Shown here one piece after another: positions 29,100-39,220 of a stretch of 64,000 nt of DNA. Numbering within the stretch: the first letter of the stretch is position 1; every line of letters begins with the position of its first letter. The translations under genes were made by a program, and so were the position numbers. The stretch covers positions 558,001 to 622,000 of the forward strand of contig CAXXQE010000008.1 in assembly GCA_963665615.2 (NCBI GenBank), given 5' to 3'. Source of the DNA: Syntrophales bacterium (lineage in GTDB: Bacteria; Desulfobacterota; Syntrophia; Syntrophales; UBA4778). Below the pieces are notes generated by a model that had not been told where the DNA came from, searched no databases, and saw nothing but the letters and a program-made list of their open reading frames with translations.

Positions 29100-29813
29100 A
29101 TGAGAAATAAAATTCTGTGTCTGGTCATGGCCGCTATTTTGGGAACGGCGGCCGCGGCCTGGGCTTCATCTGAAGGCGCAGCCATGTCCGCCGACGAGGC
29201 CTTGAAGATGCTGATGGACGGCAACGGTCGCTATGTGGCCGGCAAGTGGACCAACAGTGCAAGATCCGGCGCCGATGCGCGCGCGGCCCTGGCTTCATCT
29301 CAGAAGCCCTACGCGATTATTTTGTCCTGTTCCGATTCCCGCGTCCCTCCGGAGATCATTTTCGACAAGGGCCTCGGTGAAATCTTTGTGGTTCGGGTGG
29401 CCGGCAACGTGCCCGATCCGGTCATCTTGGGAAGCATCGAATATGCCGCCGAACATCTCGGTTCTCCGCTCATCATGGTTCTGGGGCATGAGCGTTGTGG
29501 CGCCGTCAAGGCCACCGTCACGGCACAGGGGAAGACAACCGGCAGTAAGAACATCGATGCCATTGCCAAAACGATTGCGTCCTCGTCTGCGGATGCGGTT
29601 AAGGCCTGTGCGGCCTGTAAAGGAGACAGCCAATGCGGTAAAAACAAGGCTGGTGAGTTCGCGGAGTGTCTTGCAGACGCCAACGCCAAGAATATTGCGG
29701 CGAACCTGACCAAACACTCCCCCATTCTCAAGCATCTGGTACAAGAGGGGAAGCTTAAGATCGTTGCCGCCAAGTACGATCTCGACGACGGGTTGGTGAC
29801 GGTTTTCAAATAA
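29100..29813 (+). CDS. Secreted beta-class carbonic anhydrase
   Basis: Signal peptide, GNGRY, CSDSRV, RVAGN, GHERCGAV Zn ligands. Confidence 0.93.
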   Translation: MRNKILCLVMAAILGTAAAAWASSEGAAMSADEALKMLMDGNGRYVAGKWTNSARSGADARAALASSQKPYAIILSCSDSRVPPEIIFDKGLGEIFVVRVAGNVPDPVILGSIEYAAEHLGSPLIMVLGHERCGAVKATVTAQGKTTGSKNIDAIAKTIASSSADAVKACAACKGDSQCGKNKAGEFAECLADANAKNIAANLTKHSPILKHLVQEGKLKIVAAKYDLDDGLVTVFK

Positions 29814-29839
29814 TCGTCACTCTGGTATGGGAGATTAAC

Positions 29840-29867
29840 AAGGCAGGGCTATCGCACCCTGCCTTTT
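29840..29867 (+). terminator. Intrinsic terminator
   Basis: AAGGCAGGG-loop-CCCTGCCTT then T-rich tail, after the carbonic anhydrase stop. Confidence 0.7.
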
Positions 29868-29981
29868 CTCTTTCGTAAATCCCGGCTATCTGATATGCGT
29901 AGCCGAACGGGCAAGCCAACGGGTAGGCTGTCGAGGGTAGCACTATGCCCGGAACAAAACAGAGATGGGGAGATGATCATC

Positions 29982-30482
29982 ATGACGAAGTGTTTTTTCG
30001 ATATTACGGCCGACGGCGAGGCCATGGGACGGATCGTATTTGAACTGGCAACCGATGTGACGCCGAAGACGGCGGAAAATTTCCGGGCGCTGTGCACCGG
30101 CGAATGCGGATTCGGCTACAAGGGCAGTCCCTTTCACCGGGTGATCGGCGATTTCATGTGCCAAGGCGGGGATTTTACGAACTTCAACGGGACCGGCGGC
30201 AAGTCCATTTACGGCGAAAAATTTGCCGATGAGAACTTTCAACTCAAACACACGGGTCCGGGCCTCCTGAGCATGGCCAATGCCGGCCCCAACACCAACG
30301 GCTCCCAGTTTTTCATTACGCTGGTCGAAACCCCGTGGCTGGACAACCACCATGTCGTTTTCGGCAAGGTCGTGGAGGGGATGGACGTGGTCCGCGCCAT
30401 CGAAAAGTGTGGCTCCCGCAGCGGCCAGACCTCCAAGAAGATCCTCATTGCCGACTGCGGGGAGCTCCCCGCCGGGGAGTAG
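29982..30482 (+). CDS. Cyclophilin-type peptidyl-prolyl cis-trans isomerase (cyclophilin A-like)
   Basis: [51 protein letters not shown]. Confidence 0.96.
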   Translation: MTKCFFDITADGEAMGRIVFELATDVTPKTAENFRALCTGECGFGYKGSPFHRVIGDFMCQGGDFTNFNGTGGKSIYGEKFADENFQLKHTGPGLLSMANAGPNTNGSQFFITLVETPWLDNHHVVFGKVVEGMDVVRAIEKCGSRSGQTSKKILIADCGELPAGE

Positions 30483-30553
30483 TTTCGATTTCCTAGTTCG
30501 GGGTTCTGAGTTCAAGGTACTTGGAATTTTGATTTCGTAGAGATCGCAAACAG

Positions 30554-30630
30554 GTCATTGCGAGGAGCGTAGCGACGAAGCAATCTCATAAAATCAAGTC
30601 GCTAGATTGCTTCGCTTCACTCGCAATGAC
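30554..30630. repeat. Palindromic REP-like repeat, family A copy 2
   Basis: GTCATTGCGAG...GAAGCAATCT...AGATTGCTTC...CTCGCAATGAC, homologous to 143-242. Confidence 0.85.
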
Positions 30631-30655
30631 CGAAAAATCGTTTAAGGGTGACAGG

Positions 30656-30690
30656 AAAAGGCCGGTTGCATGTTGCAAGCGGCCTTTTTT
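30656..30690. terminator. Bidirectional intrinsic terminator between convergent genes
   Basis: AAAAGGCCG.TTGCA-tgt-TGCAA.CGGCCTTTTTT. Confidence 0.75.
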
Positions 30691-30716
30691 GCTTAACGTC
30701 TCATCTTCTTAACGTC

Positions 30717-32357
30717 TCAACTTCCACTGTTTCCGTGCAGTCTTGCGGATGCCTCCAGATAGTAATCGTAATTCCCCTCATAGACATGCATCGCGCCGTG
30801 GTCGATCTCGAAGACCCGGTTGACGAGACTTCTCAGAAAGTGGCGGTCGTGGCTGACAAGCACGACTGTGCCTGTGAAGCGCTGTAAGGCCGTGAGCAGG
30901 ATTTCGCGCGACTGAATGTCGAGGTGGTTGGTCGGCTCGTCGAGGATCAGGAGGTTAATCGGTTGCATAAGAAGCGTCGCCAGAACCACGCGACTCTTTT
31001 CACCGCCTGAGAGCTTGTCGATGCGTTTATAGATGTCATCCCCTTGAAAGAGAAAGGCTGCGGCAAGATTGCGCAGTGTGCCAAGACCCGCCTGGGGCAT
31101 CGTATCCTGAAGTGTGTCGAGCACCGTCTTTTTCGGGTCGAGGATGTCCATGGCGTGCTGGCTGAAATAGCCCGGATAGACATTGGCCCCTAAGGTCGCG
31201 CTGCCTGTCGTCGGTTCCGTCTGCCCGGCGAGAACTTTTAGAAACGTGGATTTTCCCGCACCGTTTACTCCGACTACGGCGATCTTCTCCTGCCGGCGAA
31301 TCATCCCTGAAACGCCTCCGAAAACGGACTTGCTTGCCCCATCCGGCCGAATCCAGATTTTGCCGAGCGATTCCAGCTTGATGACGTCGTCTCCGCTGCG
31401 CGGCGGTTCCGCAAACTCGAACTGGATCGTCCGCTGTTCGGCGGGAATCTCGATCCGCTCGATCTTTTCGATTTTCTTGATTCGTGACTGGACCTGCGAG
31501 GCATGAGAGGCCCGCGCTGCAAAGCGGGCGATGAATTCCTCCTCCTTGGCCAGCATCTCCTGCTGGCGCCGGTAACTGGCCAGAAGCTGCTCACGCCGGA
31601 TCTCCCGCTCCCGCAGGTAAAAGTCATAGTTGCCGCTGTACGTCGTGATCGTACGGTTGGCAACCTCGACGGTCCGGCTGACCGTCCGGTTCATGAACTC
31701 GCGGTCGTGGCTCGTCATCAGGAGCGCGCCTTTGAAAGTGTTCTGCAGCCAGTCTTCCAGCCAGATAATCGATTCCACGTCAAGGTGATTTGTGGGCTCG
31801 TCAAGGAGCAGAACATCCGGGTTGATCGACAGGATTTTGGCCAGGGCGATTCGCATCTTCCACCCGCCGCTGAAGCTCTCTACCGGGTGGTTGTAATTGT
31901 CCGGACCGATCCCCAATCCCGTGAGAATGGTCTGGGCTCGGTTTTCCAGGTCATAGCCGTCCCGGTGCTCAAACTCCGCCTGCGCGTCGCCGTAACGTTC
32001 GAGAAGTGCGGTGAGGTCGTCCTCCGGCATCGGCAGGCACATGGCCGCCTCCATCTCCCGGATTTCCAGACCCAGGCGAGTCACATCCTCCGAGGCCGAC
32101 ATGACTTCCTCCAGGGCGGAACGCCCTGACATCTCGCCGACGTCCTGTGAAAAGTAGCCGCAGACGATATTGCGCGCCCTTGTGATTTCGCCGGAATCAA
32201 ACGGTTCTTCCCCCATGATCATCCGAAAGACGCTTGTCTTGCCTGCGCCGTTCGGACCGACCAGGCCGCTGCGGCTGCCGGGAAGGATCTGGAAGCTGGC
32301 CTCCTGAAAGAGGATCTGGGGGCCATGCTGTTTGCTAATGTTATTAAAATGAATCAT
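30717..32357 (-). CDS. ABC-F family ATP-binding protein
   Basis: Two ABC domains (GPNGAGKT, FSGGW, LLDEPTNHLD; GVNGAGKS, LSGGE, LDEPTNHLD), no membrane segments. Confidence 0.95.
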   Translation of the reverse strand: MIHFNNISKQHGPQILFQEASFQILPGSRSGLVGPNGAGKTSVFRMIMGEEPFDSGEITRARNIVCGYFSQDVGEMSGRSALEEVMSASEDVTRLGLEIREMEAAMCLPMPEDDLTALLERYGDAQAEFEHRDGYDLENRAQTILTGLGIGPDNYNHPVESFSGGWKMRIALAKILSINPDVLLLDEPTNHLDVESIIWLEDWLQNTFKGALLMTSHDREFMNRTVSRTVEVANRTITTYSGNYDFYLREREIRREQLLASYRRQQEMLAKEEEFIARFAARASHASQVQSRIKKIEKIERIEIPAEQRTIQFEFAEPPRSGDDVIKLESLGKIWIRPDGASKSVFGGVSGMIRRQEKIAVVGVNGAGKSTFLKVLAGQTEPTTGSATLGANVYPGYFSQHAMDILDPKKTVLDTLQDTMPQAGLGTLRNLAAAFLFQGDDIYKRIDKLSGGEKSRVVLATLLMQPINLLILDEPTNHLDIQSREILLTALQRFTGTVVLVSHDRHFLRSLVNRVFEIDHGAMHVYEGNYDYYLEASARLHGNSGS

Positions 32358-32633
32358 CTTTTTTCCCAGGGTTCAGGACGCATGTCCGGTCAAATCGCGG
32401 CGGGATTGCTTCTGACTAAGTTGTTGGTTGCCGTCGCGACACTGCTTTTGACATGCAACCGGATGCTTTTTTGCCTGTCACCCGTTACCTGCCACTGTTA
32501 CTGCGGCGTTAGCCGCATGTTTGCGTGGCGGACTGGTAACACATCCTCACCATGGCTGCAAGGAAATTTGGAGAGTCGCCGGGGAAAGCGCCGCCAGCCC
32601 TCCGATTCTTGAGGAGGATCGCCGTCATTCCGA

Positions 32634-32662
32634 TTGACACCTTTTCACCTTATTCCTATACT
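32634..32662 (+). promoter_or_regulatory. sigma70 promoter for the K+ channel gene
   Basis: TTGACA-N17-TATACT. Confidence 0.7.
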
Positions 32663-32734
32663 CCTTTCGAGTTAGGCGGACACAGATCCGCCGGTTCGGC
32701 CATTCATTATCGACATGCGCAACAAGGGCGTTCC

Positions 32735-33736
32735 GTGACACTGATTCGCAAACTCAAATATAGCCTGATGATGCTGTCCGTCGTGCTCCTGTCCGGAACG
32801 ATCGGCTTTCACGTTCTGGAGGGGTGGTCGCTCTTCGATGCGCTTTATGCGACGGTTTCGACGATCTCGACGGTGGGCTACGGGGATTATGCCCCCGCCA
32901 CAGCGACGGGGCGCTTTTTTGCAATGCTCCTGATCGTCTTTGGGGTCGGGACCATGCTGTACACGGCCGGGCTGTATGCCGAGACGATGTTCGAAGGACG
33001 GATGAGGTTGATCCTGGGGAGGGGAAAGTTGGAAAGAACGATTGCGAAATTGCACAATCACTATATCATCTGCGGCTGCGGCAGGATCGGCCGACTCATC
33101 TGCCGGGAACTGGCAGAGGCCAAAGCCCCCTTTGTTGTGGTGGACAACAATCCGGAGGTTCTCCAGAAGATTGAGGAGGATGGCTTCATTTATTACAAAG
33201 GGGATGCCACGGATGACAAGACCCTGATCGGCGCCGGGATCAAGCGGGCCAAAGGGATTGTCTGCGTCCTGTCAACCGATGCGGAGAATCTCTACGTCAT
33301 CCTGACGGCGAAGGAGTTAAATCCCGATCTGTATGTTCTGTCCCGCTCCGAGGACGAGGCCTCTGAGTCGCGTCTGCTTCGCGCCGGGGCGGACCGGGTC
33401 ATGTCCCCCTATGCGCTCGGCGGCATGCGGATGGCGATGGCAATTCTGAGGCCGGCCATGCTGGACTTCATCGAGATTACGGCAAGACGGCAAAACCTCG
33501 AACTCCAAATGGAGGAGCTCTCCATCGGGGAGCACGCTGCCATTATCGGCAAATCTCTGGAGACGGCTGCGATCAGGGACCGCTTCGGTGTGATCGTGAT
33601 TGCCGTCAAGAAGGATTCCGGCCAGATGATTTTTAATCCCCGCGCCAGCTATGTCATCGAAATAGGAGACAAGCTGATTGTCATGGGCGAGGGCAAGGGC
33701 GTGGCCGGATTGGCAGAGGTCTGTCTGGGATCATAA
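32735..33736 (+). CDS. Potassium channel protein (2TM pore + TrkA-N/TrkA-C RCK domains)
   Basis: TVGYGD selectivity filter, CGCGRIG, GDAT, RAGADRVMSP; GTG start inferred. Confidence 0.93.
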   Translation: MTLIRKLKYSLMMLSVVLLSGTIGFHVLEGWSLFDALYATVSTISTVGYGDYAPATATGRFFAMLLIVFGVGTMLYTAGLYAETMFEGRMRLILGRGKLERTIAKLHNHYIICGCGRIGRLICRELAEAKAPFVVVDNNPEVLQKIEEDGFIYYKGDATDDKTLIGAGIKRAKGIVCVLSTDAENLYVILTAKELNPDLYVLSRSEDEASESRLLRAGADRVMSPYALGGMRMAMAILRPAMLDFIEITARRQNLELQMEELSIGEHAAIIGKSLETAAIRDRFGVIVIAVKKDSGQMIFNPRASYVIEIGDKLIVMGEGKGVAGLAEVCLGS

Positions 33737-33762
33737 AGATAAAAGATAAAAAGGAGGTATCG

Positions 33763-35100
33763 ATGACGTCCATCCGGATACAGATTCAACGAGCGGTCGA
33801 TTTTGTCCAAAAGGATATCTGGCGGGTCCGTCTTGCGGCACTTCCCCCGGTGAAGGCCTTTCCCCTGACCGTGCTGCGAACGCTCGTCCTGTCCCTGCGC
33901 GGTTTTAATCAGCACCGATGTCAACTCCGGGCGTCGGCTCTTACCTTTTATTCGCTGATGTCGGTTGTTCCCGTCGCCGCCATGGCCTTCGGGGTTGCGA
34001 AGGGATTCGGTTTTGAGAGACGGCTGGAAGAGGCGCTGAGAACCAAGCTGGCCGGGCAGGAGGAGTTGCTCGAAAAAATCATAACCTTTTCCCACTCTAT
34101 GCTGGCGAGCACCAAAGGGGGGCTGTTAGCCGGCGTCGGTTTGATCGTGCTGTTCTGGACCGCGATCAGTCTACTCGGGCAGATTGAAACGTCGCTCAAT
34201 GACATCTGGGAGGTCAAGCGAAAGCGCACGCTCGGCAGAACGTTCAGCGACTATCTGTCCCTCATGATTATCTGCCCGGTGCTGATGATCCTCTCCAGCA
34301 GCGCAACGGTTTTCATCACGACACAGATCACGATGATCGTAGAGAAGATCTCCCTGTTGGGCGCCCTAGGCCCGCTGATTCTGATGACGCTTAAGCTTCT
34401 TCCGTACTGTGTGATCTGGGGACTCTTTACCTTTGTTTATATGTTCATACCGAATACCCGTGTCCGGTTTTTCTCCGCCCTGGTGGCGGGCATCACGGCC
34501 GGAACGATCTTTCAGGTGGTGCAATGGGTCTATATCAACTTTCAAGTCGACACGGTCAAGTATAACGCGATCTATGGTAGTTTTGCGGTGCTGCCTCTCT
34601 TCCTCGGATGGCTCCAACTGAGCTGGATGATCGTTCTCTTTGGGGCGGAGTTGTCCTGCGCCCACCAGCGCGCCGATCACGCCGAGTTCGAGCCCGATGC
34701 CCGCCAGGCCAGCCACCACCTGCGACTCCTTTTGGCGCTCCAGATCACGCGTCGCCTGGTTCAGCGATTTGCCGAGGGAGAGCCTCCGCTGACGGTGCGG
34801 GCGTTGTCGCAGCAGCTGGACATTCCGATCGGCCTGGTGGACGAGATCTTGCCGGTTCTTATTGAAAACCGGATTGTTTCTGCAGTTGAGGCTGCTGCGG
34901 GCGGAGAAAGGGGATTTCAACCGGCTCGAGATATCAATGGACTGACGATCCAGTCGGTCGTAGAGGCCCTGGAGAAAAGCGGAGAAAATGTGCCGCCGTT
35001 CGGTCTGACACCGGAGTTCCAGGCGCTGGCCGAGGCGGTTGAAACTTTCCGGCAGTCTGTGGCATCGCTACCCGCTAACCGGCTCCTGCGTGACATCTGA
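33763..35100 (+). CDS. YihY/BrkB family membrane protein with C-terminal winged-helix-like domain
   Basis: ASALTFYSLMSVVP, LNDIW, YNAIYGSFA.LP.FL.W, GAEL; C-terminal LSQQLDIP...GFQPARD. Confidence 0.9.
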   Translation: MTSIRIQIQRAVDFVQKDIWRVRLAALPPVKAFPLTVLRTLVLSLRGFNQHRCQLRASALTFYSLMSVVPVAAMAFGVAKGFGFERRLEEALRTKLAGQEELLEKIITFSHSMLASTKGGLLAGVGLIVLFWTAISLLGQIETSLNDIWEVKRKRTLGRTFSDYLSLMIICPVLMILSSSATVFITTQITMIVEKISLLGALGPLILMTLKLLPYCVIWGLFTFVYMFIPNTRVRFFSALVAGITAGTIFQVVQWVYINFQVDTVKYNAIYGSFAVLPLFLGWLQLSWMIVLFGAELSCAHQRADHAEFEPDARQASHHLRLLLALQITRRLVQRFAEGEPPLTVRALSQQLDIPIGLVDEILPVLIENRIVSAVEAAAGGERGFQPARDINGLTIQSVVEALEKSGENVPPFGLTPEFQALAEAVETFRQSVASLPANRLLRDI

Positions 35101-35106
35101 TTCTGT

Positions 35107-36630
35107 TTACCCCGCCAGCTTTTGCGCCGCGACGCAATTGCGACCGGCCTCTTTGGCGCTATAGAGGCAGCGGTCCGCTTGTTGAATCAGGCGATCTACG
35201 GTCAGGTCACTCGGCGCATCGCTGTCGAAGCCGGCGACGCCGCAACTGACGGTCACATGGATGACATTGTTCTCGGCGATGATCTGCCGGGCGGCAAACG
35301 CGGTCCGGATGCGTTCCGCAAGCGCACGGGCCCCGTCCAAATCCGTCTCCGGAAGGGCGATGACGAATTCCTCCCCGCCGTAGCGGACGACCCAATCGAT
35401 GCCGCTTCGGCAGGCACTGAGCATGCAGACGACAAATTCCTTCAGAACATGATCCCCTGCCTGGTGACCGTAGGTATCGTTTATTTTTTTGAAATGGTCG
35501 AGATCGCACATGATGATCGAAAAGGGTCTTTTATAGCGTAGCGCTTTCTTCATTTCTAGCGGGAGATTTTCTGTCAGGTAGCCCCGGTTAAAAGCGCCCG
35601 TGAGCGGGTCGGTCTTTGACAGAATATCGATTTGGGCGGTTCGTTCCGCTACCCGTTTCTCCAGGGTGAGGTTAAATGCCTGCAGGTCGTCGCGGTATTG
35701 AACGATTTTCATTGAGGCGTCGTAGAGTCCCATAGCCGTATCGATGAATTCGCGGTCGATGCTGCCGGAAATAAACTGGGCACGCTGCCCTGCCCCCAGA
35801 TTGGTTGCCATTTTCGCAATTTCCCTCAGGGTGGTAATGATGGACCAAAAAATCAGACTGCACATGAATCCTATGAACCCGAGGGTAATAAGGATAAAAC
35901 AGCTGACGGTCACGAAGTCGTCGGCGATGGAGGGGCTTAGCGTCAATCTTCGAGTGACCAGCATGCTGATCAGCATCAAAATGATGATAAAGACAAACTT
36001 CAACCGCAGGGTCGAGGTAAACCGCGCGCCGGCAAATGCTCCCCGCTCGGCAAGGAACTGACGAGCCTGCTGTCTGTAATCAGTCGTGATCAGGTCGGTG
36101 ATCATATAGGTCAGGATGCAGTACGTGACCGCCAGGTTGAACAAGCTGTAAAACTCATAAAGGGCAATGTCCGGGGAAAAAACAGGCCGAACGTAATTCG
36201 ACAAGGGAACGAGGATGTAAACCGGCATGGACAGGAGAATCGCGACTCGGAGATTCTTTTGGGGCAGCCTCTCCAGCGAAATGGTGATTTCCTGCAAGTC
36301 CGATAGGGGGATGTCTTGAAGCCGCTGTTGTCCGACATAGTCGTTGAGGAGCCGCAGGTCTTTAAGTTCCCACTTTTTTCCCCAAAGTCTGGGCAGTCCG
36401 AAGGCAAAAAGATGAAGCAGGGCCATGAGAGAAATAAGGATCACAACCAGAGAGGCATTCAGGACAAAGCCTTCAGGGTTTACATAAGGAATAGTCATCC
36501 ACATGAAAAAGGCAGCCGGGATCGCAAACGATGCCGCCAGTGTCGTGAACAGCGCTACGGCGCAGGTAAAACAGAGCTTTCTCGTCAGCACGGCAAAGAA
36601 GCGGTGGAACAGATTGCGTCGGTTTTCCAT
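35107..36630 (-). CDS. Membrane-anchored diguanylate cyclase
   Basis: Several N-terminal TM helices, coiled coil, TDPLTG, DLDHFKKINDTYGH, RYGGEEF. Confidence 0.93.
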   Translation of the reverse strand: MENRRNLFHRFFAVLTRKLCFTCAVALFTTLAASFAIPAAFFMWMTIPYVNPEGFVLNASLVVILISLMALLHLFAFGLPRLWGKKWELKDLRLLNDYVGQQRLQDIPLSDLQEITISLERLPQKNLRVAILLSMPVYILVPLSNYVRPVFSPDIALYEFYSLFNLAVTYCILTYMITDLITTDYRQQARQFLAERGAFAGARFTSTLRLKFVFIIILMLISMLVTRRLTLSPSIADDFVTVSCFILITLGFIGFMCSLIFWSIITTLREIAKMATNLGAGQRAQFISGSIDREFIDTAMGLYDASMKIVQYRDDLQAFNLTLEKRVAERTAQIDILSKTDPLTGAFNRGYLTENLPLEMKKALRYKRPFSIIMCDLDHFKKINDTYGHQAGDHVLKEFVVCMLSACRSGIDWVVRYGGEEFVIALPETDLDGARALAERIRTAFAARQIIAENNVIHVTVSCGVAGFDSDAPSDLTVDRLIQQADRCLYSAKEAGRNCVAAQKLAG

Positions 36631-36871
36631 GAAATCTCCAACTATCGCTTAGGAGGCGTTATTTTCTATGCCCTGCCTTTAACATTACACAAAAATAACA
36701 CTAGTTTAAAGGTCTTTTCAAAAAAAGGAAGGTGAAACCTTCCCTTTGTCTGTTCGTTAAAGATGTGTTATGAGCGGAAGGTTCGGATAATCTGCAGATA
36801 GAACCTGGCCCCTATTGCGTCCCCCGCGGCGAGGAAACGTATCCAATCAGGTACCGGCAAGAGAGAGGAAA

Positions 36872-37852
36872 ATGAATCGTAAGGGAAAATACGGCGACAT
36901 CCGCGAGATTGCGGCGGGACTCTACCTCCTGAGTCTGCCGATGTCCCTGTCGCTTCCTTACGTGCATGTGGTAGCCGCCGTTGATCGAGAAAATGTCACC
37001 CTCTTCGACACGGGTCTCAATGCGCGTTCCAGTCGTACCGTCTACGAAAGGCTGCTGCCCCGGATTGGGGGAGCAGTCAAACAGATCGATCGCATTTTTC
37101 TCACGCATTACCATATCGACCATTGCGGGCTGGCCGGGCATATCCAAGAGCAGTCCGGCGCGAAGATACACATGTCACAGATCGATTATGGGGCCTTGCC
37201 CCGGGGGGCGGGGCAATCCTTTGTCGCTCTGTCGGGCATCGCCCACGGGATGCCGCCTCGGGTTGTCGATGCATTCTGCACGTCGCTTGACGCTATGCTA
37301 AAATGGGCCTCCCGGCCTTTTGTTGTCGATCATTTTCTGACGGACGGGGAGACATTCCAGGTGGGCAGTCGCACGGTTGTCAGCCTCTTTACCCCCGGAC
37401 ACACCCATGGACATGTCTGTTTCTATTTTCCGGAGGAAAAGCTTCTTCTGGCCGGTGATAGCATTCTGCCCCATATTACGCCGAATCTGAGTCCCGATCC
37501 CTCGTCTCCCGCCTTTTTGCCGCTGGAAAATTTTATTCAATCGCTCGACCGGCTCGCCGCCCTGCCGATCCGAACAGCTCTGCCGTCGCATGGTGAACCC
37601 TTTTCAAATCTCCGGGAACGGGTGGCGGAAATAAAAGAGCATCATCGTCAACGCAAGGCGTTTATCTTCGAGGCAACAGCCCGTCCCCAAACCGCCTATG
37701 CCATTTCGCAGCGGATCTTCGGAGATGCCCTTTCTGATTTCGATCGCGGGTTGGCGTTTACGGAAACCTATATTCATTTGATTCAATTGGAACGGGAAGG
37801 ATTGATCCGAACCATCGAAAAGAACGGATTGCGTCTGTTTGAAAAAAGATAG
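36872..37852 (+). CDS. MBL-fold metallo-hydrolase
   Basis: FDTG, THYHIDHCG, TPGHTHGH, LAGD, LPSHG. Confidence 0.92.
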   Translation: MNRKGKYGDIREIAAGLYLLSLPMSLSLPYVHVVAAVDRENVTLFDTGLNARSSRTVYERLLPRIGGAVKQIDRIFLTHYHIDHCGLAGHIQEQSGAKIHMSQIDYGALPRGAGQSFVALSGIAHGMPPRVVDAFCTSLDAMLKWASRPFVVDHFLTDGETFQVGSRTVVSLFTPGHTHGHVCFYFPEEKLLLAGDSILPHITPNLSPDPSSPAFLPLENFIQSLDRLAALPIRTALPSHGEPFSNLRERVAEIKEHHRQRKAFIFEATARPQTAYAISQRIFGDALSDFDRGLAFTETYIHLIQLEREGLIRTIEKNGLRLFEKR

Positions 37853-37897
37853 AGAGAGGGACATCGCCTTTTATTAAGCAGTCCATAATAGAAAGGA

Positions 37898-38083
37898 CGG
37901 GAAGACGCCCGGATGATTCGCGCTCAGGATAATGTTTTTGACCATTCTAACGCTCGCGCCACTGCAACTCAAAAACTCGGCTGCTTCCCAGCCTCAGACA
38001 GCTTGAGTTGCGACCGTTACGCTTAATATAAGAATGGTTCCCAAAAACATTATATTCGCGCTCACAATCCGGCCTTCATCCCG
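37898..38083. repeat. Long imperfect hairpin element (about 185 bp), family D
   Basis: Nested paired arms CCGGAT/ATCCGG, ATAATGTTTTTG/CAAAAACATTAT, ACCATTCT/AGAATGGT, GCAACTCAA/TTGAGTTGC, GGCTG/CAGCC. Confidence 0.75.
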
Positions 38084-38145
38084 GAAATAGTATTTTCTAT
38101 TATGGCCTGATTTGTATGTTAGAATGACGGGGCCAAGGAGGAGAC

Positions 38146-38337
38146 ATGATGACGGTTACGGAAAGAGATCGAAAAATGGCCAAGGTGTGTATGTTCTGCA
38201 CCGTCTGCAAGCATGCGCGCAAGAAGCAGCGGGGGATGGCCTACCAATTTGTAAAAAGCATCGAAGCGGGTCTCTGTCCTTTCTGCAAGGCCTACGAACG
38301 GATCTACGGGAAAAAAGCACACGAGCCGCTCTCCTGA
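38146..38337 (+). CDS. Small basic Cys-rich protein
   Basis: AAGGAGG SD; CMFCTVC and CPFC motifs in 63 aa. Confidence 0.75.
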   Translation: MMTVTERDRKMAKVCMFCTVCKHARKKQRGMAYQFVKSIEAGLCPFCKAYERIYGKKAHEPLS

Positions 38338-38422
38338 ACGAGAAAAGGTGAGACGGTTGGCGCGTATTGGCTTGTTCATGGATATCTGGCGCTGCTATTT
38401 GCAGCGGAAAGGAGAAGGAGAC

Positions 38423-39115
38423 ATGAAAAAGTATGGCGCGGAATTTTTCGGTACGTTCTGGCTGGTTCTGGGTGGCTGCGGCAGTGCGGTTCTGGCTGCG
38501 ACTTTCCCCGCCGTGGGAATCGGCCTGCTCGGCGTAGCCCTGGCCTTTGGTTTGACAGTGCTGACGATGGCCATTGCCATCGGACACATCTCGGGCTGCC
38601 ACCTCAATCCGGCCGTGTCGGTTGGCCTGTGGGCGTCCGGTCGCTTCCCCGCGAAGGATCTCATCCCTTACATTGTTGCCCAGGTCCTGGGAGCGATTCT
38701 TGCCGGAGGCGTTCTTTATCTCATCGCCAGCGGAAAGGGCGGTTTTGACGTCGCGGCCGGCTTTGCCTCCAACGGCTATGGCGTCCATTCACCCGGTGGC
38801 TATTCGCTATCGGCTGCCATGATGACAGAGGTGGTCATGACGATGATGTTTCTGCTCATCATTCTCGGTGCCACCGACAAGGCGGCGCCCCGGAATCTTG
38901 CGCCCATCGCGATCGGCCTCGGGCTGACCTTGATCCATCTGATCAGCATTCCGGTAACCAACACCTCCGTCAACCCCGCCCGCAGCACGGGTGTTGCCTT
39001 GTATGTCGGTGGTTGGGCGGTTGCGCAGCTCTGGTTGTTCTGGCTGGCTCCGATTGTCGGGGCGCTTCTCGGTGCGACGGTCTATCGCTTGATCGGCCCA
39101 TCGGAGAAGAAGTAA
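38423..39115 (+). CDS. aqpZ: Aquaporin Z
   Basis: [24 protein letters not shown] and SVNPARS NPA motifs. Confidence 0.96.
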   Translation: MKKYGAEFFGTFWLVLGGCGSAVLAATFPAVGIGLLGVALAFGLTVLTMAIAIGHISGCHLNPAVSVGLWASGRFPAKDLIPYIVAQVLGAILAGGVLYLIASGKGGFDVAAGFASNGYGVHSPGGYSLSAAMMTEVVMTMMFLLIILGATDKAAPRNLAPIAIGLGLTLIHLISIPVTNTSVNPARSTGVALYVGGWAVAQLWLFWLAPIVGALLGATVYRLIGPSEKK

Positions 39116-39220
39116 TTCTCGGCTGTCGGCCTCTTTCAGGAGACGGGAAAATGTTGCGCATGATATGCGTCCTTTGATTGAGTGATGCAAAGACGAGGCG
39201 GAGACCTTGTGAGGATGTAG

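Noticed and set aside
32447..32461. 15-nt match TTTGACATGCAACCG shared with 11470-11484
   Set aside because: Only two occurrences, not palindromic and in unrelated contexts; may be chance around a -35-like hexamer
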